In this document: in pieces, positions 1 to 14,100 of the stretch
How the letters are laid out: each line of letters starts with the position of its first letter
How positions within the stretch are numbered: the first letter of the stretch is position 1
Assembly: GCA_002633005.1 (NCBI GenBank)
Contig: NMRA01000336.1
Span: 205,836 to 269,835 of the forward strand
Length of the DNA: 64,000 nucleotides
DNA from: Phoronis australis
Taxonomy: Eukaryota; Animalia; Phoronida
Direction of reading: 5' to 3'
Notes under the pieces: generated by a model
Database searches by the model: none
The model's input: the letters and a program-made list of their open reading frames with translations, nothing else
Told to the model about the DNA's origin: nothing
Program-made: the position numbers and the translations under genes

Positions 1-895
1 GAAATTTGACAACATTTGAAAACATGAATACCTCTTATGTCCAGAAAACATTACATAGAGGTATGGAGATAAGCTTTTCTAAATGAACTCTTAATATGTC
101 TAATTAGTCTAATGATGTCATTTATCTACAGCTAGATGACACCACAAGATTAACAGAAGAGGGGAATCTTCAGGCTGACAAAGTTCATGAGACAACAAGT
201 ATGACTGCTTGCAAGATTGTTGGCAGTGGATTAGTATTCTTCAAAGCACAAACAGGACATAGAAAGCTGGAGTTAGTGTCAAGCAAGGTTTAAGTGCAGA
301 ATATAACACAAAACAGTTACTTGTGCGATTAAATCGTGCATGCATCCTTTGGAGGGTCCCTCAGCCAGGCATCGTCATCATAAGTGGGCGCAGCTTGGTT
401 AGAGGTTACTACCTGACTAATGATGGATCAGGTGGCTATAAACAATGGATGGACTAGAGCGACGTCAGATATCCACGTCTTAAACTTCTATTTATCAAGA
501 AAAAATATCCGTCAGTCTGTACACATATATTGGCCACAGGCCAACCTGTGATAGCTACGGCTGTGAACTGAAGCCAGTCTTCCCATATGGTATCTCATAC
601 TGCACTATCCATTATGATCCATCTACAGCTTGATCACACATGAACAACACCTTGCTATCTCTGAGTTTGTTGGTGCCTCATTAAAAGGTGAGTAAAAGCA
701 ATGACAAGTGAATATCTCTACATACAGTTAGGTACACTGTCTTTAAAGTCAGGTTAACGACCTTGACAAACTCTTGGCCTTGTTCTCATTCTGTTTAGTT
801 AGAACTATCATCATCAATATTGGCTTTATCACCATAGAGTATTCTTAAATTGCATGTCAGTCCTTTCCAACAATTATCTACTTTGGACATGTCTT

Positions 896-2164
896 TTAGA
901 AACTACTGTAAGCATTGCCCACGTTCTTCTCTTGTTTACCAAAGAGAAATTCTTTATGTTTCTGTTCCTGGTGTAAGCTTTGGTAGCCATGTAAATGTTT
1001 AATGTCTTTCTTAAACTCCTGTCCATAGCCGTTCTTGTCCAGATGGTATTGCACTAGTGCTGCGGTGTCAACTTTCTCAAGATGTCTCCTATCAACCAGC
1101 TGTTCATAGTCTTTCAAAATCTCTGGATTCCAACTACTTTTTTTAGTTTGTGAATTGTTTAAGTTTGCCACATATCCATCAACAGGTTTCGGGTGATAAA
1201 ATCTAGAGACATCTACATTTTTCCCCTTTAAAACATTGATACCATTCCGTGATTCCCTATGTTCCTTCAACTTTGATTTCCGTACAGCCTTTAAGTCCTT
1301 GGCTATATTTCTATACTGTTCCTTGTACTTCCGCAACCTTACTTTCTGCTGGTGCTGCTCTCGATAACCTTCAGGAACATATAAACTTGGTAAGCTACGG
1401 TGATTGATTTTATCTGTTCTCTTCTTTTTGCTTTTCATTTCCTGTTGACCATTGTTAGAGTGTAAATCCTCAGTTTCCACACAGTTTCCAATATCAACAC
1501 TTTCACAAGATAACTCCTCGTTAGTTTTCACAAACGTCTTCTCAGTTACAAGCTTTGGTTTTGTTGGCAAACTGGCATATCGATTTTTCTTGTTTGCAAC
1601 TATACCTTGCCCCAAGACACCAGTATTTTTCACAGTGAGATGACCTGTTCCTTTCTTCATATTTGAATCACTTATTTCAGATTTTAATGAGGAATTCGAA
1701 ACTTCTTGATTCTTTACCTCCTTGTTCATTTTAGTTTCTCCAATGCTTACATCGCCATTGTTGCTCTTAACAACATCTTTATGAACAGGGCGGCCATTTT
1801 TCCTACTGCCATTTTGCGGTTCTTCAATTATCACATCTAGATTTCTGTGGCATGCAACAACAATATCCAGTGGCTTAGCTGTATCATTTTTTGGTTTTAC
1901 ACCTATACCATCCTGGTTTTCGATGACTTGGGTTACATTGTTATTATGAGAACTTGATTTTGAAACTGCGTTAGAGTCAGATTTTGCAGCACCAACAGAT
2001 TCAGCTAGCATTTTCACCTCGGCTACTTTCTTGTTAGAATGTGTAGCAAGGCTTTTTGTCTGTGCTTCTATAGCAGAGCTTCCAGTATTCCACGAAGGTA
2101 GACAATTTTCTTTTGAGGGAACTATTTTAGATCTAGCATTCCACTTTACAGGAAAATTGGGTAC
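896..2164 (-). CDS. MAPT-like: Tau-like terminal coding exon (422 aa; starts with degenerate repeat VPNFPVKWNARSKI, then a long K/N/S-rich basic tail)
   Basis: atttcaag|GTACCC phase-0 acceptor, in frame with ORF 896..2017. Stop TAA at 898-896. Confidence 0.82.
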   Translation of the reverse strand, partial: VPNFPVKWNARSKIVPSKENCLPSWNTGSSAIEAQTKSLATHSNKKVAEVKMLAESVGAAKSDSNAVSKSSSHNNNVTQVIENQDGIGVKPKNDTAKPLDIVVACHRNLDVIIEEPQNGSRKNGRPVHKDVVKSNNGDVSIGETKMNKEVKNQEVSNSSLKSEISDSNMKKGTGHLTVKNTGVLGQGIVANKKNRYASLPTKPKLVTEKTFVKTNEELSCESVDIGNCVETEDLHSNNGQQEMKSKKKRTDKINHRSLPSLYVPEGYREQHQQKVRLRKYKEQYRNIAKDLKAVRKSKLKEHRESRNGINVLKGKNVDVSRFYHPKPVDGYVANLNNSQTKKSSWNPEILKDYEQLVDRRHLEKVDTAALVQYHLDKNGYGQEFKKDIKHLHGYQSLHQEQKHKEFLFGKQEKNVGNAYSSF

Positions 2165-5100
2165 CTTGAAATAGCATAGGGACTACATGAACAAAGTAGC
2201 ACAGCTATAAAGACCCAGGTGACCAGCATTCGTGTTCAACCGTTTCAAAGTTATCACAAGAAAAAAGTTAACTTTGACTCAAACACAACTGAAAGATATT
2301 TTGCAGGCCTGCAGTGATTCAATGATTTGATGGCAACACTCTGTGACAAATGATTAAGACACCACAAAACTGATTGCTTTGTATAACAATGACACAAACA
2401 CAAAGAACTGACTAAGACTTCAGAAAGTATAATATGTGCCTCAAATGAAATCCCGTTCAGAGATAAAAGAAGAGTCACAGTATTTGTTACATGTCTTGTG
2501 AAATGTGACATTTACTCCTGACAAAACAATCAGGCATGTCAGAGATCAGATTAATTTACATCTGAATTTGGTCTCATTTACAATAAATCATTGTTTACAG
2601 AACATTTATCAACCTTTCCTTTGAAGTGATTTGAAGTTCAGCATGACAGCTTGTGCAACATGATCAAAATGTACCAAGGATTAATTGCAAGCAACCAAAC
2701 TGGTCATACAAAAACATATATATTAATGAAATCGTGCCACTCAAAATGAGGCAATAGTCACTTGCGGGAGTCCTGTATTTTGAGAACCAGTTTAGCGCCT
2801 GTTATTCAGTGGAGAAAACTGATTCTCAAAATGCAGGATTCCTGTAAATGGCTATTACTCAAAATCATAAAATGCACATAGGCATGCAGCTTATAGTCAA
2901 TCAGGTTTGGGTAAGAATTAACCACGCAGAAATGATGGGTGTTGTGTTTTATCAGTCATGCAACAGGGAAGGGAATATGATTGTTGATTTTATCAAATTA
3001 ATAGGGCAAGCTATCCCAACATCCAAACACTTCTCATTTCAACAATTTTATGTTTGTAAATCCAGACAGTGTCTCATAAAGTAATGTTACCTTCTTCTCA
3101 CCACCCCCAGGAACATGGTTTTTGTTGTCACATGACCCCACTTTCGATTCGGCTTTCCAGTCCAGTTTTATATTCTCAATCTGAAGGAAACACAAAATTC
3201 TGACAAACCAATTACCATAATGCAATATTGATCATTACAAATTAGTACGGCTCCACAAAAATGAAAAGAAAATTTAATGACCCTTGATATTATTTGAATT
3301 TCTGAGCAACAACATTAAATTTGTAATTTTGTTTGTCATAAATTTGTTGAAACAAAAATACTTATTTCCAAATCATGTCCTTGGAGCAGGTCAGTTGCAA
3401 TGATCACACCACTGACAGTCAACACCTACAAGCACTTTGCACACCAATTAAATCATGTCGATTGACAAAAACACAAACTTCACAATTTAAAGTAGACCAC
3501 CTGTCACTGTCTTTGCACACTCCACATATGCCTCCTTGTGTTGAAGCATTACCTTTTTATCACCACCTCCTGGAATGTGACCTTGGTTTTTCAGAGAGCC
3601 AACTCTGGGTTCTGCTTTCCATTCTAATTTCCTATTTTCTATCTGTTTTTAAAGTACACAAAAGAAAAACAAAACGTTAATATTAATAACGTCGTTCTTC
3701 ACATGAACTTTTCCATCACCGTACAAAAATACAGCATGGGTTTGCCAGACTGCGGTAAGACAATTAGATAATGAAATGTACATCTTAACTACGATTTCAG
3801 AGTTAAAATTTTCTTTTTACCAAACTTCAATTTCACTTGTCTCACGTGTCATTATTTTGGTAGTTGTTAAGTGTTTGTGTAAACTAAATTAAATATCAAA
3901 CATTTATAAAATGTCAACACTGTTTTGCACTTTCTCCATATTGCCAGACACATCCATCTTTTGTATATTTAGTTAAAATTTTAATGTTGGTGCCACATAA
4001 TGTCACCAATATGTAAGTTAACAAAAGCAACGTAGAGCGTTGACATGCACCCAGAGTGTGCATCACAAACGGTAACATTATAAGGGATCAATACTCCTTT
4101 GTTCAAATATTTCCATGATAGTCAAATCTATCCAAAGTCATCATCAGTTGTGCTCTCCTGAAGGTGCATAGGTTAAATTTCACGAAAACTCATCAAAGCA
4201 CTAAATAAAGGTAGACAATTAACATTTGCTACTAGAGAGTGCCTTTCTAGTCAATAATCAACACCATCCATGCTTTCTTCAAAATGAACAAATATGCCAA
4301 ATTTCATGAAGATCCTTCAAAGAACTTCATAGATATTGGCACAGAAACAAACAATGAAATTGCCACCACAAGATGTCACAGCAGCCAGATGTGTCCAAAA
4401 ACACTTATGCTCTGCTCAACAGGAACAGATAAGCCAAATTAATGAATAGTACAAAGAACTCTGTCACTCCTGTCAGTAGTAGACATTGGCCCACATGTAA
4501 GAAAACATAACTAATTATGACTAGTAAGCACCACAGTAGATCAGTCTGAATCTTTATGTCCACCATACTCTTCTCAGTAGGGACCCATCTACCACCTTCC
4601 ATTGTGACTCTTCCAGCAATTTGACAAATGTCAAAAACAGACATGAAAATAACAAAATTAGCGGCAAGAGGTATAATAGGTCGAATCTGATGAAACAGGG
4701 TAGGTTTCATCACTTCCTTCCCGGACACTTGTTTGCCAAATTTGGTGAAGATCTATCAGTTGAAGGAAGTTGGTAGACATTGAGGCATACGCCAAGAAAA
4801 CCTAAATCAAGATGAGGGATGTCGTTCTTGCCCCAAAACCATAGTCAGGAACACATGCTATTGAAAGTCCAAAAGGTCATGTTGATGTTTTAATAGAAAC
4901 CTATTTACTGAAATACTAAAAATATCAGCTGAGCAACTTGGCAGATACTGATGCAAATGCAAAAAAAATAACTTCCTACAGAGGGAACAATGACATTCAG
5001 ATCTGCTGGAAACTCCTCGCCATCAGTTGTCAGCTTCATAAAAACATAGCTGCCAAATTTCAGATCCTGCGAGGGTTTAGGTCTTGCAGCAGTACACACC

Positions 5101-8100
5101 TGATGCCCAGACCCCAGACAGAGGTTACGGCAATATGCACCCACATACTTGTAAGTATATGAGTAAGTAAAAGAAAGATCTGACTGAAAAGAATAAAATC
5201 TACACAAAATTCAACACGTTATGAGAATCTTAAATAAAAACACTTGTGCAAACTTCTTAAATCTACACTATGAGTGGGATAAAAGAATATTTTAAGTATT
5301 AAAACAACTGTTCTTATCTTAGTCATTGTTACCTTTTTGTCGCCACCTCCAGGTGTATGACTTTGATTCTGGAGAGAGCCAATCCTGGCCTCAGCTTTCC
5401 ATTCTAATTTCTTATTTTCTATCTGTTATTAAGATACATAAAGAGAAAGGTGTTATGTGTATAAAATATCACGGAGGACAATACCTTTATCTATTGACAG
5501 TTAATTATAAAGCAAACTGGGTGAATACTTTCAAGCATTGTTACTGCGACGAAAACGTATCAAGTTACAAGAATTATGACAGAACAGATAAATCTCTCTT
5601 CATGTAGAACTTTTCGTAAGAACATTTAATGATCATTCCTCTTGGTGCTCTGGGATAATACACAAAACAGGCATGCGGGAAGCAACTGATAAAATGAGGG
5701 TTTTTTACCAAAAAAAAACAATGAACACATAAGGTAGAATAGGAACAGTCAACCCCAATGTCCATTAGACATACCACTGTATTGCCCCCTCCAGGCATGT
5801 GATGAATGTTGGCTTTAGAGCCACATTTAGCCTGGGCTTTTTCCTTGAAATCCAACTTGTGAGTCTCGATCTGCAGAAAATAAAACTGACTTTTGCAAAC
5901 TTTATAAATTCAGGCTTTGGTATCCGGAATTTCTGAAAATCAACTCCAAAGATGAATTATTCATAAATTGGCATACCTTTAGGGTTTCTAGCACACCAAA
6001 AGACAATGTGCCATTACGTTTTCAAAACTAGGACCTCTGCCCGGTTTCATGAAACAGTCCCAAATGGTAACTCAACTAACTTCCCTAAATCTATTGTGTA
6101 TTTGTGGACTTTCATGGTGACTGTCCTTTCTCATACAGACTTTTTTCAGTTTTAATTCTGTAGTCAATAAGTTCAAACAAGATTAGACGGGCGGATCTGG
6201 CGCATTTTCACTCATTTTCAATCGTTCTGCGGTTGCACTTTGAACGGGAAGAGAAAATGGCATGAATTTTTGCATGTGGATTCCTTAAAGTATACTCTTT
6301 CAAATGTTCTGCAACAACGTTTTTCTCAGACTTGTCGTTTTCAAGTTATTCGACTTTGAATTTCAAAAAAAAACGCAAAATTTCAATTTTTTCAAAAAAT
6401 TTACGGAAATTTTGTGAAACTACCAATTTAGATAGAGCTTTGAACAGGCTTTCAGAAGATATTTTTCATTTTTTGCTAGGATGTCTACTTATTGAATTTT
6501 TATTCGAGATTTTCTGACAGCACTGTTCCTTTGATGAGCCCTCTTGCTGCATGGATGATGGTTTAGCTTCTATTGAACAAGACTGTAGCCTATTTCTTAC
6601 AGATTTATGACATTAAAGTTCGTCATATGAATGTTATGATGTTCATCATCACCACTATCATAATATTCATCATCTTCGTAATCATCTCCGCCAACGTCTT
6701 TTCAGTTAATTTCGCCAAGTGTCGCTCAAGACTGTAGCCCATTTCTTACTGAATTCTGACCTCTATGTTCGTCATATGAATTATCATTACTTGCATTGTT
6801 CACCATAACCACCATCGTCGTCATATTCATCATCTTCGTCATCATCTCTATTGCCATCTTTTCTGTTAATTTTGCCAAGTTTCGCTACTTGGAGCGCTTT
6901 CATTTTTTTGTTCGTTCGCACTCTACAGGTAGTAGTTTTCGTCCAATCCACACGAAATTTATACAAAACTTGTACTTTCAGAAGCAAAGAAACCCCAATG
7001 TTTTTCATCATAATCAAATCCAAGATGGTGGATGTGGCGGCCATTTTCTTTCAATTCCAGATTCAAATGCTTATAGAGGCCGTAATTTTTGATGTACACA
7101 GTTGAAAATCAGCACAAAAATTGTACAACTTGTGTGCTACAGATGTGGAGGAAATTGTTCATTTCCAGTCAAAGATGGTGGAAATATCTGTAATTGTGCA
7201 TCCACACCTCGATTTTGGGCAAAAAAGGCTTTCTCGTGTAGAGGGCGCATTACATCACCAATTGCTTCAAAAATTTTCAGGTATTAGTTTTCTATGCCAC
7301 GTTATTATCCAGTGCTGTGTAACCGGAAGTTGCGGATCTGACGCAATTTGACCCATTTTCAGTCGTGCTGGAGTACCATTTTAAACCGGAAAAAAATGAT
7401 GTGAATTTTTGCATGTGAACTCTCTGATGTATACCCTTTCATATGACTAATAACAATTTTTTCTCAGACTTATCGTTTTTGAGTTATTTGACTTTCAATT
7501 ATAAAAACAACAAAATTTGATATTTTTTGCGAAACTATGTAGTTAAATAGAATTTTAAACGGGCTTTCAGAAGATTTTTTCCATTTTTCGCTAGGAGGCC
7601 TACTTTTCAAAATATTTGAGATTGTCTGATAACGCTGTTCATTTGTTGACCGATTTTGCTGCGGTCTAGTTTCTAGTGATCAAGACTGTAGCCTATTTCT
7701 TACTGTTTCTGACATCTTCGCCAGTCCTATGAATGTTATAACGTTGTTCATAATCGCCACTTTCATCATCATCATCATCATCATCATCTCCATCGTCTTT
7801 TCAGTGAATTTCGCCAAATGTCACTCCTCCGAGCACTTTCATTGCTGATTTATTTTGGAACAACCAGGGTGTTTATTGCCAAGGAACAACCAGGGTATTT
7901 ATTCCCATTAAGTACAGCGTGAAGTAGCTCAACAGTTCAAAAATAAATTAAGCTTCAACAACGGATTGCAGTTCTTTGTAAAAGCGCAAACTTAGATTTC
8001 TTTCACTCAATCTAGAAGAAAAAAGTTTACCATTTTGTTTCCACCTCCTGGAGTGTGGTTTATGTTTGCCTTTGATCCACACTTTGGTTGGGCCTTTTCG

Positions 8101-11100
8101 TTAAAGTCCAGCTTACGGGTCTCAATCTGTTTGAAATATAAAACACAGCCAGTTACGTGAAGCCATCAATGAACAAAATGTGCCAGCAGCTGAATGTAGA
8201 GCATTCCAGACACAGGTGGATGGAACAAAGTGGAAGAATCCCTCGATTTGCTTTAATGGCAAGTATGGACAAAGATATTACAAGCTGGAAACGTCTCTTA
8301 TAGGCCTCGCTATGCTATATGTTTCCTTAATGCCAGATAATCCCTGTTGATGCTAACCCTGATATCCATAACACATTGTGCAGCATTTAGAAAGTGAAGT
8401 GAGAGGCTTATGAAAAGAACCATTAGTTCACCTGTACGTCTGCAGACAGCTAATGCAACAGGATGTGTATAACTTGTGAATGGTGGAATTCCTCTTGGGC
8501 AAAGCAGTCATTTACAAACTTTGGTAGGAAATCACAAACCTGCCGTGACTATTAAACCACATCTGTGAGAGAGTATGTGAGCCTAGTACCCCTCTCCCAA
8601 GGGGGTTTGGTGGCCTGCCTTATTTTCAGAAATTGTCATATTAATCCAAATATTGACCATTTTATCATCATCGGCTCTTTTGCAAAACGCTCTTGAGTAT
8701 AATCAAGAGGACATGTGTTAGCATCCTTATTAGGATTCCTTGTACACCTTTTCGTTTTTGAGAAAGCACTAGCAGTTTGTCAGTTGGCAAAAATGCTAGG
8801 ATTTTAGGCATGCTGGCAGAGATGCCATTCACCAACAGGGCACTTCTGCAAGCAGAAGATCAAGCACATTCATTTCCTGCCACAAACTCATCAATGTGAC
8901 GATAAACAAACTTAAAGCACACATGTTTCTTTGAAGTTAACAGTAAAGTTACAAAATTGAAAAACAAACATGATAGGAGATAACATTGTCACTTTTTTCA
9001 GTCTGACATCATTCTTTGTAACTAATAAACAGATACTAAACTATTGCCTGCAGTAGTAAACATGTTCATGCATGGTTTCTGTGAGAACAAATCGGTAGGT
9101 CTTATTAAACGTGCGAGTGGACATTTTTCTTTTAAAAATCACGCAAGACTGGAAGAGTCCTTACTTCAACCACAATACTTACAACTTTATCCCCACCTCC
9201 CGGTGTGTGGTGTAAGTTGGCTTTAGATCCACACTTAGGCTGTGCCCTCTCTTTGAAGTCCAGCTTGTGAGATTCAATCTGCAAAAAACAAAATACGAAT
9301 TGCTTTACGATAACATCGACAACATTGTGGCCATAACTAGATAATCTAGCATCAAGAGAGCTCGGAGAATCATCTTTTAACTAAATCTTTGTCTGACATA
9401 ATTGTAAAACCAAGATTTTCATGTTGAAACAATGGAAGCCAAAAACTCTTTAAAGATTGAGAAAAATCTTCAGTGCATAAAACTCTCAGATGTGACAAAA
9501 AATCAGTTAAATAAAATACATTAAGTTGAATATAATGATGTTGAACATAACTGTCACTGACATGAGCCAACAAGAAACCAGGGACCCAGACTAAAAGTTA
9601 GGAGCCCAGATTTTTGTAATGATAGCTACGACAATCAGGCACATGAATTCCCAAAATGAACAGGGAGTCAGATCCTAAATCTAAGTACTAATATCATCCA
9701 TGGACGGATCATTGACTTTGAGACATAATCTGGTCTTTCCAATGCTGTCAAATACTTCATTTTCAATAATGGTAGTACCATAGTACTGCCTTGCATATTC
9801 GGCGTACAGCGTCAATCATGATTCGTCTCCGCAATCACAGTCAGTCGTTAAGAAACAATCACACAGTCATCAAAAAAATTCATTACCTGCAACAGAACTC
9901 TAAGGAAATTAATGAAATGTTGGAATATGTGCTTCATTTTGATGAAAATACTAAACATAATCATTATTTCTAAAGAATGGAAGCAGCACTTCATCACAAA
10001 ACAACAATGTTCCGAGTGCATAGGTTTACTTGATGGTTACAAACGCTCAATGTGTACCCACTCATGAACTAGAAGTCGGTCACTCTTCCAGTCAAATGTT
10101 TTAGTTTCTTGTCATAGAATTTCACCGAAAATGAGCAAAATCATAAAAGATCGTTTCCTCTTTACAATGTTACCAAAGTCATAACCTGCATGGTCTCCTA
10201 CTCAGAAACCGTCAATCGGGTTTGCACAGCCTGGCTGTGAACTCATTGACAACTAAACTAAATGTTAAGGTGAGGAAAGCTCTCAAAATTCAAACGGTTA
10301 AAATTTGTCTTTTTTGTCAAGGCCTCTCTTTTGGACACTGTAATTACATTGAAGTATGGTTGCTCATCATTTCAGGTACGACCATCGATCCATTTACGTA
10401 GGCCTACTAAATAAAGTTAGATTTAAGATCCGCGACTCCAGCGACTTCAGTGAAATCATGAAATTTCAATTTCTATTATGATGTGGCTTGCAGCTGTTAT
10501 TTTTTAACTGGAAAATTGGTGCATTTCATGCCGTGGGTGTTCCGTGTCGGTTAGCGGATGACCTGTTCACCATCCAAGAGTTTCAAAACGGTCGAGCAGG
10601 CTTGTTTTCTCCAATGGTGTGAATTAATGACAACAAAACGCCATGGAATGTACTGAACAATTTGTCACCTTCATCTCTCTATCTCCGCTCAGTGAGCAGA
10701 CATTTTAAGTTTTGATTGACCCACATGTCTTTTAATTGGCCTATATATAGCTATAAGCATGTGTATTTGCTGTGACTGATTATGAGACTTTGTGTTACAT
10801 GGCAACTGTTGCCACGTTTACTCAAATTTGACTTTGAAATTTTTGCGACACGGTCGGATATAAATGGAAATATATCGAATTTGCCCAAATATGGTTGTAG
10901 TATTCCCATGATACGCCATTTGTCAAAAAGATATTAAATGTATTTACTAGGAAAATACTCCATCACGTAATCAGGTTACTTCGCTTGTAAATGTCAACGT
11001 GATTTCGTGAATATGTAGAAAACAAGCTATTGTTTTCTACATATTAACTAGGTCACCAGTTGGGTGACATAACTGGTGAAATTTTGGCACTCGGCTAGTA

Positions 11101-14100
11101 ACTTACTCGTCTTGGGTGACAGCTAACGTATATCCCTGAAGCGCCACCAGGGAGTGCACAAGTTCACCCCTCGCAATTAATGACTTACCTTAACATCACC
11201 ACCTCCTGGCACATGGCTGACATTTGCGCGTGAACCCACTTTGGACTCAACCTTCCATTCCAATTTGCGAGTCTCAATCTATAAGAAAAATGCAGCCCAA
11301 AGCCCAAAGTTATCACTATTGCACACTTTCAATTGTAGAGGCACACTTCCAACAAGATTTTAAGAATAAGGCAAATGACAGCAAGTAGTGACAGGATAAA
11401 CAGTAACAAGATATAATATTCTCCCTCTTTTTCTTCAGTTAAAGGGAGTTTGACAGCGATTCATCTATCAACTTCCAAAACATTTTCACATGTATTCTAA
11501 TATATTCCCAATCCAGATTTTAAGGACCACAGATGTGCTCAGTCGCAACAACCAAACCTGCTTACACAAACTTCACCTAAACAATTGAATCTGAATTTTG
11601 ATCAGGAAAACATCAAGGTAAGAAAAACAGCTCCACATCTTCACACAAATTAGATTATGTTTGTGAACCATGTCCCTTTATGACAGTTACGCACCGTTAC
11701 CGGCTGGTCAAAGCTTAATTACACTCACACCAAGGAATCAACACTGAGGTGAAAGTCTAGTCTGTTTTGCTACATTTGAAGGTTTTTAGTGAACGTATTT
11801 CATACAAACCACACCTGTTTCATGACATTTGCTGAAAGTCATTTAAAAATAGGATTTTTATGCGCCCACATAAGTGGTAGCATATTGCCGTCATCTCTGT
11901 CTGAGCGTCCGATGCCCAGGAGCTGTGTCTCCTAAACCCCTCACAGGATCTTGATGAGATTTGGAAGACGGTGTTTCTAATCTATTAAGCTGACGACGGA
12001 TGACAACAAATTTCAGTTTGGGCCACCTAGAGGCCCTTTTTACTGTTTTCGAGTCTGATTTTGCTGTCCGCCCCTCTATTAACCAAACCGCTTTGAAGAT
12101 GATTGTGAAGATTGGCATGTATGTTATTACTATAAAAAAGATAGCTGACAGTGATTTTCCGACTACTTTGGCACCTCCTAGTGGCAGTTTTGTTTTTCTG
12201 TGCTCATGGCTGTATCTGATAAACTGTTTGCAGGATCTTTACTAAAGTTAGCAAGTGTATTTGTATGATGTTGGCAACAGACGACAATGACGTTCGCACG
12301 GATCTTTCCACCAGTGTGCTCCCTAGTGGCAATTTTAGTTTTTCACATTTACCTCTGTATATTCAAAGGTCCTCCACAAAGTTTCATAAAATTTGGAATA
12401 TAGGCATCTACCATTTTCACATACATTTGAGGCCACCTAAAGGCCATTTTTACTGTTTTCAAGTCTCTTTTTTGGCGTCCACCCCTCTATCAACCAAACC
12501 ATTCTAAGGATGATTTTGAAAATTTCGGGTGTATATGTTCTCAGTGTGAAGAGGACAGTTGATGATGAAGACTTCGACTACTGTGGCACCTCCTACTGGT
12601 GGTTTTGTTTTGTTTTGTTTTGCGCTCATAGCCTACTGCAGGATCTTTATTAAATTTAGTAAGTGTATTTATAGAAAGCTAACAATAGACAATGACTTGC
12701 AGGCAGCCCCTGTGCTCCCTAGAGGCAATTTCATTTTTTTCTGTTTTCCTTTGTTTCTCTGAAGTTCTGTGTTTGATTTTTATGAAATTTAGTAAATAGC
12801 ATTCTATTGAAGAAGCGACAGCATGTTCTGTTTTCAGATGGATAGGACATTTCGCACTATAAGTGGCTATTCTTATGTTACAAATATACAACTCTTGAAG
12901 TACACCGTTGGCGGTGCATTCGTGGGCGCATTTCAATGCTCCACTTTGCTCTTGTTAAATATCAGTTAGTGTCAGATGCACAGTTCACAATATTATGCTG
13001 GATTACATGAGCTCATTACAGTGTTCTGTTCCTTTTCCAGACGTGAGGGGTGCTGAACGTGCGATAAAATCTGAATCTTTTGTTAACTGCCCATCTCAGT
13101 CTTTTGTCCCGTATGATAACAAGCAGGCCAATTATCTCCCAGGCTTCAATGGAAACGTATGGAGGTTGCACGCTATTACCGAAGGCGTATGAACACAGTC
13201 AAACCCAGTGCGTCCATTTGGATAGAATAGATTAACTTCTGTTGTAGTTGGGCGATTTTGGGGATTCAAAAACGGAACATGATCAGCATTTGATGAGGAA
13301 TTCAGAAACACTATTGGTTTAAGCTCAAATATGTTATAACTTAACTTTCAGTTTTATCAGCCCAGCCCAGTAAGTCTAGATACGATATGATCGGAGATTA
13401 GAGCAATTATCGAACAAAAGAGCGCAGGCCCTCCAACCATAAATGCCAGAATGGAGTTAATCAGTCGAGTAAAATATTGGCTACAGAGGTAAACTTCCCA
13501 ACTTATTGTTGGGCTATAGAATCAAACAAGTTGGGAGCAACGGGATGTCGCCATCATGTTATCAGATGGAAGCAGTCAAGAGAGCTGGACTGTGTAAACA
13601 TTGGTTATTACACTGTCAAACTGAGAATGACACAGCTGTAACCCGACTGGCCAACCAGTCAATCGGAATACTCAATCCACTGCGCGGGTGCGTAACGCCT
13701 TTGACTTGCCGACCTCAATTAAATTGCCCAAATTTGAAGACAATATCTCAGACATTCCTTAGTATTGACTAAACAAGACTTGCAATGTGACCATGGCCTT
13801 TGACACAGTACGACGTCAACTGAACTCAAAGGGTAATCCCCAGGTGGGCATCAACCTCCATACCAAGTTTGAGGAGGGTATTCCAAGCATTCATTAGTTA
13901 TTGATCCAACAAGATTGTCTTGACATGTTATGTGACCTTGACCTTTGACCTTGTAACCTCTTAATTAATAGCCGTCTACATGTTAGTATGAACCTCCATA
14001 CCAAATTTGAGAACCATATTCCCAGGTATTCTTGAATTATTGATGCAACATTTTCATGGGCAATGTTTAACTTACCTAAGTTTACATTTCATCCTGAGTA

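Noticed and set aside
383-430. GGGCGCAGCTTGGTTAGAG resembling a tRNA D-arm/A-box
   Set aside because: No B-box (GTTCRA) or cloverleaf follows.
4555-4625. Minus-strand ..CAATGGAAGGTGGTAGATGGGTCC..GGTGGACATAAAG, faintly like a decayed W-class repeat exon between R7 and R8
   Set aside because: No intact frame, no H.PGGG motif and no convincing splice sites; it lies within repeat-derived sequence.
6787-7351. Cluster of overlapping 60-98 aa ORFs, including an acidic DDDEDDEYDDD stretch
   Set aside because: Products of (ATC)n-rich TE sequence on both strands; no splice or domain support.
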